A DNA stretch of 64,000 nucleotides, from contig CAZGHS010000005.1 of NCBI GenBank assembly GCA_964525495.1, positions 12,599 to 76,598 of the forward strand, given 5' to 3'. The notes beneath the pieces were generated by a model, which saw only the letters and a list, made by a program, of their open reading frames with translations, was not told where the DNA came from and did no database searches. The stretch is from an uncultured Gammaproteobacteria bacterium. GTDB taxonomy: Bacteria > Patescibacteriota > Microgenomatia > JALYQM01. Below are positions 55,778-64,000 of the stretch, piece by piece; the stretch's first letter is position 1, and each line of letters begins with the position of its first letter. Position numbers and translations under genes: made by a program.

Positions 55778-56407
55778 ATGAAAAATCTATATTTTCTCTC
55801 AACTGTTCTCCTCGTAATGACACTCGCAGCCTGCACACAAAACACACCAGAAACACCATCTGCAGAAAATTCAACTGAAAATATGCAGACAGAAAATCAA
55901 AATAGTACTAATAATTCTGACCAGAAAGTGAATATTATGAAAAAAGCTACAATTGAAACAAACATGGGCAATATTACAATAGAATTCTATCCAACAGACG
56001 CGCCTAAAACAGTCGAAAACTTCCAGAAACTCGCATCAAGCGGTTTCTATAACAATGTCGTCTTCCACCGCGTTATCAAAGGCTTCATGATCCAAGGTGG
56101 CGACCCAACAGGTACAGGAACAGGTGGTCCAGGCTACAAATTCAATGATGAAATTAATAAAACCAGCGATTTATACAAAACAGGCTATAAAAAAGGTGTT
56201 GTGGCAATGGCAAATGCAGGTCCAAACACCAACGGAAGTCAGTTCTTTATAATGCACGCAGACTACCCACTCCCACCTAGTTATACAATCTTCGGAAGAG
56301 TTGTCGAAGGACTAGATGTTGTAGATAAAATTGCAAATTCGCCAACTGATCCGAGCGATAAGCCTGTCACAGCAGTGACAATGAAATCAGTTAAGCTTTC
56401 TGACTAA
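55778..56407 (+). CDS. Cyclophilin-type peptidyl-prolyl cis-trans isomerase lipoprotein
   Basis: Lipobox LAACTQ. FHRVIKGFMIQGGDPTGTGTGGPGYKFNDE and GSQFFI are cyclophilin signatures. Confidence 0.85.
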   Translation: MKNLYFLSTVLLVMTLAACTQNTPETPSAENSTENMQTENQNSTNNSDQKVNIMKKATIETNMGNITIEFYPTDAPKTVENFQKLASSGFYNNVVFHRVIKGFMIQGGDPTGTGTGGPGYKFNDEINKTSDLYKTGYKKGVVAMANAGPNTNGSQFFIMHADYPLPPSYTIFGRVVEGLDVVDKIANSPTDPSDKPVTAVTMKSVKLSD

Positions 56408-56427
56408 CTCGTGTATAATCGTAGCTA

Positions 56428-57483
56428 ATGAAGGTTGCAATTGACGTATCTCCACTCAGTTCAGGTCATGCCGTGCGTGGTATAGGATTCTATACAAAAT
56501 CACTCGTTGAAGGGCTACAATCCCGAAATGATGGCAATGAATACAATCTAGTCGAGTCAGAGGTAGAAATCGATGCAATTAAACCAGACCTCATTCACTA
56601 TCCTTTTTACGATCTATTTTTTCCAACCGCCCCAGATCGTAAAAATATACCAGTGATCGTAACCCTTCACGATGTTACTCCACTCGTATTGCCCGAACTC
56701 TTTCCTAAAGGAATCAAAGGTTGGTGGAATCTCCGACAACAACTCAAAAAACTAAAAAAAATGGACGGTGTTATCACGGACTCCGAATGTTCTAAGCGCG
56801 ACATCCATTCGTTATGCAACATTTCGAAAGAAAAAATAGAAACTGTCTATCTTGCCTGCGATCCAACATATAAACCAGAAACAAATACCCAGAAGCTCGA
56901 AGAAGTAAAACGAAAATATAACCTTCCAGAAAAATATTGTATAAAAGTAGGAGATATAAATAAGCACAAGAACTTCAGAGTATTATTTGATGCGCTTACT
57001 CGATTGCCAGATGTACATTTAATTCTAGTCGGCAAAGCGCTCGATGAAAAAAGTCCGTTAGTACCAGAACTAAAAGAAATCGTAGAAGATATTCAAGCCT
57101 TTGGTTTACAGAACCGAGTGCACAGGTTAGGATTCGTTCCGACTGAAGATATGAATGCACTTTATTCACTTGCCCGCTGCACCGTCCAGAACTCGTTGTA
57201 TGAAGGGTTCGGATTAACAGCACTCGAATCTATGACATGTGGCACCCCTGTGATCGTAGGCAGCACAGGAAGCCAACCAGAAGTAGTTGGAACTGCTGGG
57301 ATACTAATTAATCCAGAAGATGTAACGGAAACAGCAGATGCGATCGAACGTATGTTCAAATTAGAGCAGGACCAGTACGATATACTCAAACAAAAATCAC
57401 TTGATCAATCCAAAAAATTCTCAGTACAAAAAATGGTCGACGAAACAGCGCATATATATGAAAAATTTAAACCAATACATTAA
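56428..57483 (+). CDS. Family 4 glycosyltransferase (GT-B fold, GT1/GT4 superfamily)
   Basis: C-terminal EGFGLTALESMTCGTPVI nucleotide-sugar binding motif. TGTATAAT at 56412-56419 lies immediately upstream. Confidence 0.75.
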   Translation: MKVAIDVSPLSSGHAVRGIGFYTKSLVEGLQSRNDGNEYNLVESEVEIDAIKPDLIHYPFYDLFFPTAPDRKNIPVIVTLHDVTPLVLPELFPKGIKGWWNLRQQLKKLKKMDGVITDSECSKRDIHSLCNISKEKIETVYLACDPTYKPETNTQKLEEVKRKYNLPEKYCIKVGDINKHKNFRVLFDALTRLPDVHLILVGKALDEKSPLVPELKEIVEDIQAFGLQNRVHRLGFVPTEDMNALYSLARCTVQNSLYEGFGLTALESMTCGTPVIVGSTGSQPEVVGTAGILINPEDVTETADAIERMFKLEQDQYDILKQKSLDQSKKFSVQKMVDETAHIYEKFKPIH

Positions 57484-58825
57484 TATATTAAAATCCGATC
57501 CTATTGCGCGTGGATCAGCAATACTTTTTGTAGGATCATTCGTAGTCAACATATTCAGCTATATTTATAACCTTATCATAGGGCGTATGTTGGGACCCGT
57601 ACTGTATGGTGAATATCTCTCCCTTATAACAATCGTATATCTCGTGAGCATACCGTTTGGAACTGTCCAAACGATCGTCATTAAGTATGTATCACAACTT
57701 AATTCACAAAACGAGTCACAAAAAATCAAAATATTACTTATCATGTTGACTAAATACATAACCATTTTTGCTTCGATAGTAAGTATCGTGTTGATCCTTA
57801 CAACACCTGTAATCAGCAACTTCCTGAAAATTGACGACATCCCAGCAATCGTTCTTATGGGAATTACATTCACAGCCTTCACAGTTCCAACAGTATTAGT
57901 ATCTGCCTTTAACGGTCTTGAGAGATTTCTCGAGGGAACTGTGATCAACGGAGTTGCATTAATTTTCCGTATAGTTATGTCAATCCTAGCAATCGGTTTA
58001 GGATTCGGTGTGGGAGGAGTATTTGGCGCATTGATTGTAGGATCAATGTTTGGGTATGGGTTGCTGTGGTACTATCTTAATAAATATTTGGACTCAGCAA
58101 GTCATAAAAGAAATTTAATAACAAAAATAAATTCATTTTTTAGAAGACTTGCTGCAGGGACAACAAACGAAATAACTTCCCTCAAAGAAGACATAATTAA
58201 ATTTACTATTCCTGCTGTCATCTCAACTATCGGGATTGCTGCTATCACCCAAGTTGATATAATCTTTGCCAAAGCTTTTTTCTCGCCAGAGGACGCAGGA
58301 ATATATAGTTCATTAGCAATCATCGGCAAAGTAATTCCATTTTTTACAATTCCACTACTCACCGCACTATTTCCTCAACTTGTCGCAAAAGTTACACGCA
58401 AGGAAAATTTTCTAAAACCTTTTTATGCAATTTTAGGAATCATTACCGTCGCTTCATTATGTTTATCAATATTTTATTTTATTTTTCCAGAGTTCATAAT
58501 AAACATGTTTTTTGGAAAACAGTATATGAACGCCGTACCATACATAGGATTATTCGGTCTTTTCCAGACAGTGTATGCAATTATGAATGCCTATGTGAAT
58601 TTTTTCCTAGCCATCGGAAAAAACAAACTGGCTGCACAAGCTATTGTGGCTGTAATTCTTCAATCATTTCTCATAATGATATTTCACAAATCACTTTATG
58701 ATTTAATATTAGTGTCACTTTGTGTATGTGCGTTGTTCACAATATACTATAGTGTATGTACATTACAACTGGCGTATAATACAAAAAAAATATCGCATGA
58801 ACCAATCAAAAAAAATATCATATAG
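57458..58825 (+). CDS. Oligosaccharide/polysaccharide flippase (MOP superfamily, Wzx-like)
   Basis: About 14 predicted TM helices with Wzx-like organisation. The start is taken at MKNLNQYI, overlapping the previous gene by 26 nt; the ORF track's upstream Met is at 57401. Confidence 0.65.
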   Translation: MKNLNQYINILKSDPIARGSAILFVGSFVVNIFSYIYNLIIGRMLGPVLYGEYLSLITIVYLVSIPFGTVQTIVIKYVSQLNSQNESQKIKILLIMLTKYITIFASIVSIVLILTTPVISNFLKIDDIPAIVLMGITFTAFTVPTVLVSAFNGLERFLEGTVINGVALIFRIVMSILAIGLGFGVGGVFGALIVGSMFGYGLLWYYLNKYLDSASHKRNLITKINSFFRRLAAGTTNEITSLKEDIIKFTIPAVISTIGIAAITQVDIIFAKAFFSPEDAGIYSSLAIIGKVIPFFTIPLLTALFPQLVAKVTRKENFLKPFYAILGIITVASLCLSIFYFIFPEFIINMFFGKQYMNAVPYIGLFGLFQTVYAIMNAYVNFFLAIGKNKLAAQAIVAVILQSFLIMIFHKSLYDLILVSLCVCALFTIYYSVCTLQLAYNTKKISHEPIKKNII

Positions 58826-59600
58826 ACTATCAGTAATTATCCCTGCATATAAGCAGGAAAAAACAATTATAGAGGATTTAGAGAATATTCAGTCAATCTT
58901 GAACCAATTACGCTACGATTATGAAATGATAATAGTAAACGATGGTTCGCCTGATAAAACAAAAGAAAAAATAGAAGATTTTATAGAAAAAACAGCATCA
59001 CCTAAATCAAAGGCAAAAATTATATCCTACGAAAAAAACCAAGGCAAAGGTCATGCCGTACGTATCGGAATCTCCAAAGCAGAAGGAGCGTATATTGCTT
59101 TCATAGATTCTGGAATGGATCTTAATCCCAATGGTCTATCGATGCTGCTCGAACATATGGAATGGTATAAAGCAGATATAATAGTAGGTTCCAAAAGGCA
59201 TCCAGCATCCAAAGTACAATATCCACTAATACGCCGTATTTACAGCCTTGGGTATCAGATATTTTGCTCACTATTATTCGGATTAAACATTAAAGATACA
59301 CAAACCGGGCTGAAGATATTTAAAAGGGAGGTCATACAGGACGTAATGCCTCGCTTATTGATAAAAAAGTGGGCTTTCGATATCGAGATGCTTGCTGTTG
59401 CTAACCATCTTGGACATACTAAAATTTATGAAGCTCCAATTGAACTTCGGCATATTTTTACAAATTCGAATATTAATAAAAAGGTAGTGTGGAATATGTT
59501 GTGGGATACTGCTGCAGTATTTTATCGAATGCATATTTTGCATTATTACGACAATGCGAACAAAAAAAGCTGGGCATCCAATCTTTCTGAGCCGAAGTAG
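58797..59600 (+). CDS. Family 2 glycosyltransferase, polyprenyl-phosphate sugar synthase-like (DPM1/GtrB/ArnC-type)
   Basis: LSVIIPAYKQE...IIVNDGSPD...YEKNQGKGHAVRIG...FIDSGMDL resembles dolichyl/undecaprenyl-phosphate glycosyltransferases. The start is probably MNQSKK (58797). Confidence 0.65.
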   Translation: MNQSKKISYRLSVIIPAYKQEKTIIEDLENIQSILNQLRYDYEMIIVNDGSPDKTKEKIEDFIEKTASPKSKAKIISYEKNQGKGHAVRIGISKAEGAYIAFIDSGMDLNPNGLSMLLEHMEWYKADIIVGSKRHPASKVQYPLIRRIYSLGYQIFCSLLFGLNIKDTQTGLKIFKREVIQDVMPRLLIKKWAFDIEMLAVANHLGHTKIYEAPIELRHIFTNSNINKKVVWNMLWDTAAVFYRMHILHYYDNANKKSWASNLSEPK

Positions 59601-59605
59601 TAGTT

Positions 59606-60364
59606 TTACAATATACCCTTCCGTCGCCAATAGTGAGTATGAGCAAGAGAGAAAGCTCCATCTACAGCAAGAGTTTGTCCCGTAATATATCCAGACTTGT
59701 CAGAAGCAAGAAACACCATTGCATTTCCTACATCCTCAGGAGATCCTAAATAACCCCGTGGGACCTGTTGCGAAGACTTATCTTCAAGATTCCAAATATC
59801 AATAGCTCCAGGAGCAACACCATTTACACGAATGCCGTATTCAGCCAGTTCCAAAGCTGAATCCTTAATAAACATTTCAAGTGCAGCTTTTGAAGAAGAA
59901 TAAGCAGGTCGCAGTATTGTAACCTTACTGTGAGTGGATGTAGTAAAAAGAATTGAGCCTGCAATTTGTTTATCAATCATAACACCAACAACTTTTTGTG
60001 TTAAGAAAAAAGGGCCAATCAGATTTGTGTAATACACTTGCTCAATTTCTTCACGAGTAAGATCTAAAAGACCTTTTCCTGCGCTCATTCCTGCGTTATT
60101 TACTAATATATCTATTCGTCCATATTCTGACATCACCATATCTACCAATGCAGTCGTTGCATCATAATCACGGACATCGCATTGTACACAAGAAACTGAG
60201 CCTCCAAATGTTTCCATTTCCGATCGAACTTCATCAAACAAAGTCGGATCAATATCCGAGATTACGACGTGCGCACCTTCTCGTGCCATTGCTTTTGCAA
60301 TTCCCCGGCCAATTCCTCGAACCGCTCCTGTTACTATTACAACTTTATCCGCCAATGTCTTCAT
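59606..60364 (-). CDS. Short-chain dehydrogenase/reductase (SDR) family oxidoreductase
   Basis: TGAVRGIGRGIA cofactor motif, NNAG, and YSSSKAALEMF (YxxxK catalytic motif). Confidence 0.85.
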   Translation of the reverse strand: MKTLADKVVIVTGAVRGIGRGIAKAMAREGAHVVISDIDPTLFDEVRSEMETFGGSVSCVQCDVRDYDATTALVDMVMSEYGRIDILVNNAGMSAGKGLLDLTREEIEQVYYTNLIGPFFLTQKVVGVMIDKQIAGSILFTTSTHSKVTILRPAYSSSKAALEMFIKDSALELAEYGIRVNGVAPGAIDIWNLEDKSSQQVPRGYLGSPEDVGNAMVFLASDKSGYITGQTLAVDGAFSLAHTHYWRRKGIL

Positions 60365-60411
60365 GTCCAGATTGTAACACAATATAAAGCAGATTCAGAT
60401 ATAATGGTCTT

Positions 60412-61527
60412 ATGAAAGTTTTGTGGTTATCATGGAAAGACATAACGCACCCAGATTCGGGCGGTGCAGAGATGTCAGGTCTAGAGCATGCCAAGGCATG
60501 GACACAAGCAGGTCATTCTGTACACTGGGTAAGTACAGGATACACAAACAGCAAACAACAGGAAGTCGTAGATGGAATAGTATACGAGCATATAGGCTCA
60601 AAGTGGATGTGGTATCTGGGAGTCATCCATATACTCATGGCATACAAATATATAACGCAATGGAAAAATGAATATGATTTCATAGTCGACGAAATACATG
60701 GGCCACCGCTGCTCACACCACTCTACGCAAAAAAGCCAAAAATAGTAATTATTCATGAAGTAGCAGGGGATATCTGGAAAAAAACAGTCCCTTTTCCAAT
60801 CAGCTGGATTGCGCAACACATCGTCGAGCCATTCTTTTTTAAAGCATACACAAAAGTTCCCTTCATAGTAGGCGCGCAGACAACTAAAGACGACCTTATC
60901 AAGGTTGGTATATCAGAGCAAAATATAACCCTCATTCCATACGGAGTCACTATTCCCATACAGAAAACAAATTATCCCAAAGAGGTAACACCAACACTAA
61001 TTTTCTTAAGCAGTCTACGCCCTATCAAAGGGTTTGATCGAGTTTATGAAGCATTTAAATCAATTCAAAAGGAAATCCCGGAAATAAAACTCTGGGTAGT
61101 AGGGGATGATTCCCTTCCTTACGGACAAAAGTTAAAGCAAAAAGTATTACGAGAAAATAAAAACGTAATTTTTAATGGAAAAGTTTCCCAAGAAGAAAAG
61201 TTTGAGCTTCTACAGCGAGCACATATATTAACTCATGGATCATATAAAGAAGGATGGGGACTAGTAGTAATCGAGTCTAATGCAGTCGGCACACCAGCTG
61301 TTGTATTTGATGCAGCAGGCTTAAGAAATAGTATAATAAGTGACAAAACAGGGTATCTAGCTCGTTCGGAAAGAGAGTTCTGTGGTTACATAGTTGAATT
61401 ACTTAACAACACAGAAAAATATACTAAAATGCAGCAGGATGCCAAGGTTTGGAGTAAGCAGTTCTCTTGGGGAAATTCGACTGCTCAATCATTACAAATT
61501 ATTAGTAAGATGCTAAATTCGAAATGA
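60412..61527 (+). CDS. Family 4 glycosyltransferase (GT-B)
   Basis: EGWGLVVIESNAVGTPAVVFD motif; 371 aa. Confidence 0.75.
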   Translation: MKVLWLSWKDITHPDSGGAEMSGLEHAKAWTQAGHSVHWVSTGYTNSKQQEVVDGIVYEHIGSKWMWYLGVIHILMAYKYITQWKNEYDFIVDEIHGPPLLTPLYAKKPKIVIIHEVAGDIWKKTVPFPISWIAQHIVEPFFFKAYTKVPFIVGAQTTKDDLIKVGISEQNITLIPYGVTIPIQKTNYPKEVTPTLIFLSSLRPIKGFDRVYEAFKSIQKEIPEIKLWVVGDDSLPYGQKLKQKVLRENKNVIFNGKVSQEEKFELLQRAHILTHGSYKEGWGLVVIESNAVGTPAVVFDAAGLRNSIISDKTGYLARSEREFCGYIVELLNNTEKYTKMQQDAKVWSKQFSWGNSTAQSLQIISKMLNSK

Positions 61528-62576
61528 AAACCTTTTCAGTAATTATTCCAACTCTCAATGCACAACGTACACTAGAAGAATGCTTGCAATATATTTCCTT
61601 ACAAAACTATTCCAAAGAGCAATTCGAAGTAATTATTGCTGATGGTGGGTCGACAGATAATACTTTAGAAATCGCTAAACAATACAATTGTATCGTTGTA
61701 CCTAATATGCTCAAAACTGCAGAAGCTGGAAAAATGACAGCTTTGAAGGCGGCAAAAGGAAAATATATCATTTCGATCGATTCAGATAATGTTTTATTGG
61801 ACAAGGACTGGTTTTTAAAAATGCAAAAAGTTTTGGACACTGATGCGGATATCGTTGCTGCCGAGCCAATTGAGTTCGTCTGTCGTCCTACCGATCACCC
61901 TTTAGTGCGATATTTTGCATACCTCGGAATGGGAGATCCACTAAATCTATTTCTTGGAAATTATGACAAAATCAGTGCAGTAACAGGTAAATGGACATCT
62001 CTTAATATTAAAGAGCAAGAAAAAAAAGATGGGTATATAAAAATTAGGTTATATCAGCATGATCAGCTCCCCACGATAGGTGCAAATGGTTTTGTAGTAA
62101 GACGAGAATTGCTTTCATCACTACAAGATAAACAATATCTTTTCGACGTTGACGTTTTAGATAGTTTAATGATTCAAGAAAGCAATTCATGTTATATAGC
62201 AAAAGTAGATACGGGTGTGGTCCATCTATTCGTCACTGATTTTAAAACATTGATAAGAAAACTCAGAAGGAAAGTGAAAGATTATGTATATTATCAGTCA
62301 AAAGATTTGCGCGTCACACATAAAAATACAAATCCTATTTTAAGGTTACTTTATCCAGGCGGTCCCAATTTCACTGGACTACTTCTTTTCATAGTTTGTT
62401 GTGTAAGTGTTATCCCTCTTATAATTCAAGCAACGATTGGCTATATTCGTAAGCCAGATTGGGTCTGGATATATCACCCGGTGGTCTGTTGGATTGCGCT
62501 CTACGTATATGGTACAGAGAGAATAAAAAGCATCTTCAAAAAATCTATTTACGATCGGAGTTCTTGGAGTCAGTGA
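61524..62576 (+). CDS. Family 2 glycosyltransferase (GT-A)
   Basis: FSVIIPTLNAQ...VIIADGGSTD...ISIDSDN (DxD); 350 aa; ATGA overlap with the preceding GT4. Confidence 0.7.
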   Translation: MKTFSVIIPTLNAQRTLEECLQYISLQNYSKEQFEVIIADGGSTDNTLEIAKQYNCIVVPNMLKTAEAGKMTALKAAKGKYIISIDSDNVLLDKDWFLKMQKVLDTDADIVAAEPIEFVCRPTDHPLVRYFAYLGMGDPLNLFLGNYDKISAVTGKWTSLNIKEQEKKDGYIKIRLYQHDQLPTIGANGFVVRRELLSSLQDKQYLFDVDVLDSLMIQESNSCYIAKVDTGVVHLFVTDFKTLIRKLRRKVKDYVYYQSKDLRVTHKNTNPILRLLYPGGPNFTGLLLFIVCCVSVIPLIIQATIGYIRKPDWVWIYHPVVCWIALYVYGTERIKSIFKKSIYDRSSWSQ

Positions 62577-63978
62577 TTTGCAACACTCCTAAACTACATA
62601 CAACACAGGAAATAAAACAGGTAAGCCCGACGGAAGAAAACAACAACACCAATAAATTTAAATTAAAAATCTGCAGAATAAGACAGATGCTAAGAAGAAT
62701 AAGAGTCAAAAAATATAAAATTTGTAGACGAACTGCATTAAAGGCTACCATACATATCGAAGAAATAGTTATGCCTATAAGCAATGTTGTGTTAATTGCA
62801 TTCCAACTTATCAATTGAGCTCCCATAAAAAAAATAAAAACAGCTAAAAATATGAAACTTACCGCGTAAATTACACTATACATCCATGAAACAATTATTG
62901 TGAATTTCCTAGCATATGCGGTATTAAAGATAAATTTAAGCGCTCGAGTTCTAAGGAGATAAAAGAATTTATAAAGAAAAATTCTAAATAAATAGACAAA
63001 AAATAGTATCCAGATAATAATGATTAAAGTAAAATATCTCAGTTGAAAAACCGGAACAATAGTAAGTGTGTAGTTGGAAGGATCATGATGTGTTTGCTCA
63101 GTTACTTTCCAATTAGTTCCAAGTTGTTGACGAATCTGTTCGTCTTGACTTAGATATGTATTTCGCACAGAGACGTTATATGAACTATCGTCGCCTTTAC
63201 TAATAGATACACTTGGAGTTCTTCCAGGAAGAGCAGCAACTCGATCAAGTTGTAAGTATGGTTCATAAACCGGGAGTACTTGGACTGTAATGCCGGAAAG
63301 TTCACTCTCAGGGATGCCAACTTTATTAACAAGTTCAATGCCAGCAGTAGAATCAGAAGAACTTTTCATAAAAACAAGATAATTTGTGTAATCCCTTGGA
63401 TGAAAATTAGTTTTACGAAGGACCGTATTAAGCAAATCGTGGCGTGAAGAAGATAACTCAAAGACATTTAAATTTACGTCGCGTGACAATCGATACTTCA
63501 TCTGTAACAAATATGTCTGATTAGGTTCAAAATGAGAGATAGAAAAGTGATATCTTTGGAATTCATCCGTTGAAGAGATTTTCTGCCATGATCCTAAATA
63601 AGGTGACGGAGTAAATCCAGACAGAGTAAAAATATTTCTAACCGGTTCATTAACTCGAACATTGGGATAAGTGAACAGAGTTGTTCCGTCCGCCTGTGTA
63701 ACCTCACTAACACGTTGTATCTGCCCAGATGAAGTCTGCAGTGCAAGTTGAGCGCGCATGCTGGCGGGAACAAAACTCAAATTAAAGGATGCATTAAAAA
63801 GACCCTGCTCCTTTCGCTCAGTAATTGATTTCAAATCATAGCGAATTTCGTGTGGATACCGATTAGAAGAAATGGGGTCGATTTTTTCTAAAAGTGAATC
63901 AAAAATAGAATCGGCTAATGACTGCAAATATTTAGAGTCTTGTTCAGATCTCTTATTCTTTCCTTCTGCAATCCGCAT
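62545..63978 (-). CDS. Hypothetical protein with a soluble N-terminal domain and a C-terminal polytopic membrane region (may extend beyond the window end)
   Basis: 477-aa ORF. The last roughly 170 aa are highly hydrophobic. No stop codon lies between the first Met and the window edge. Confidence 0.45.
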   Translation of the reverse strand: MRIAEGKNKRSEQDSKYLQSLADSIFDSLLEKIDPISSNRYPHEIRYDLKSITERKEQGLFNASFNLSFVPASMRAQLALQTSSGQIQRVSEVTQADGTTLFTYPNVRVNEPVRNIFTLSGFTPSPYLGSWQKISSTDEFQRYHFSISHFEPNQTYLLQMKYRLSRDVNLNVFELSSSRHDLLNTVLRKTNFHPRDYTNYLVFMKSSSDSTAGIELVNKVGIPESELSGITVQVLPVYEPYLQLDRVAALPGRTPSVSISKGDDSSYNVSVRNTYLSQDEQIRQQLGTNWKVTEQTHHDPSNYTLTIVPVFQLRYFTLIIIIWILFFVYLFRIFLYKFFYLLRTRALKFIFNTAYARKFTIIVSWMYSVIYAVSFIFLAVFIFFMGAQLISWNAINTTLLIGITISSICMVAFNAVRLQILYFLTLILLSICLILQIFNLNLLVLLFSSVGLTCFISCVVCSLGVLQITDSKNSDRK

Positions 63979-64000
63979 ATCTACTTTATCGCGGTGTGAT

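Noticed and set aside
1-64000. CRISPR arrays, transposases, integrases, toxin-antitoxin pairs and restriction-modification genes
   Set aside because: No short regularly spaced direct repeats were seen. No ORF has recognisable nuclease, recombinase, methyltransferase or toxin motifs.
1-64000. Alternative genetic code (UGA recoded, as in some CPR lineages)
   Set aside because: Long ORFs are free of in-frame TGA, and several well-defined genes (atpD, the GT39 at 32259) terminate at TGA. This is consistent with standard code 11.

Overview
This 64-kb window is low-GC (roughly 40%), uses the standard genetic code (genes end at TGA/TAA with no in-frame TGA problems) and is densely coding. Its gene content (lipoproteins, very large Thr/Ser-rich extracellular proteins, many PMT/ArnT-like GT-C glycosyltransferases, small-genome style gene overlaps) suggests a Patescibacteria/CPR-like or similar Gram-positive-type bacterium; that is inference, not proof. 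The layout is as follows. (1) The 3' end of the F-type ATP synthase operon, atpG'-atpD-atpC, at 2-1972. (2) A roughly 26-kb block at 2063-28390 of five co-oriented genes encoding 8,700 aa of secreted or anchored Thr/Gly/Ser-rich surface proteins. The first is a 3,626-aa internally repetitive giant protein. The others carry DUF2341, LamG, PKD, BNR/Asp-box, Calx-beta and FN3 domains, a PQQ-sugar-dehydrogenase-like beta-propeller, and long Thr-Pro linkers. (3) An array of seven polytopic GT-C-type membrane proteins at 28867-44513. Five are clear GT39/PMT_2 paralogs and one of those is frameshifted; the array also includes a GH8 hydrolase, a lipid kinase and a protein phosphatase. (4) An FAD oxidoreductase, a CHRD lipoprotein, a znuABC-like metal transporter and a second PQQ-dehydrogenase-like lipoprotein. 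(5) A tRNA-Arg(CCU) next to an orphan gene. (6) A cell-surface glycan biosynthesis cluster (GT2, GT4, a Wzx-type flippase, a DPM-synthase-like GT2 and an SDR) plus HelD-like helicase, NUDIX hydrolase, SGNH hydrolase and cyclophilin genes. I found no CRISPR array, transposase, integrase or rRNA. The main candidate novelty is the co-localisation of giant Ser/Thr/Pro-rich surface proteins with a multi-paralog PMT-like GT-C battery, a lipid-linked sugar donor synthase and a flippase. That combination suggests a dedicated surface-protein O-glycosylation and display system.
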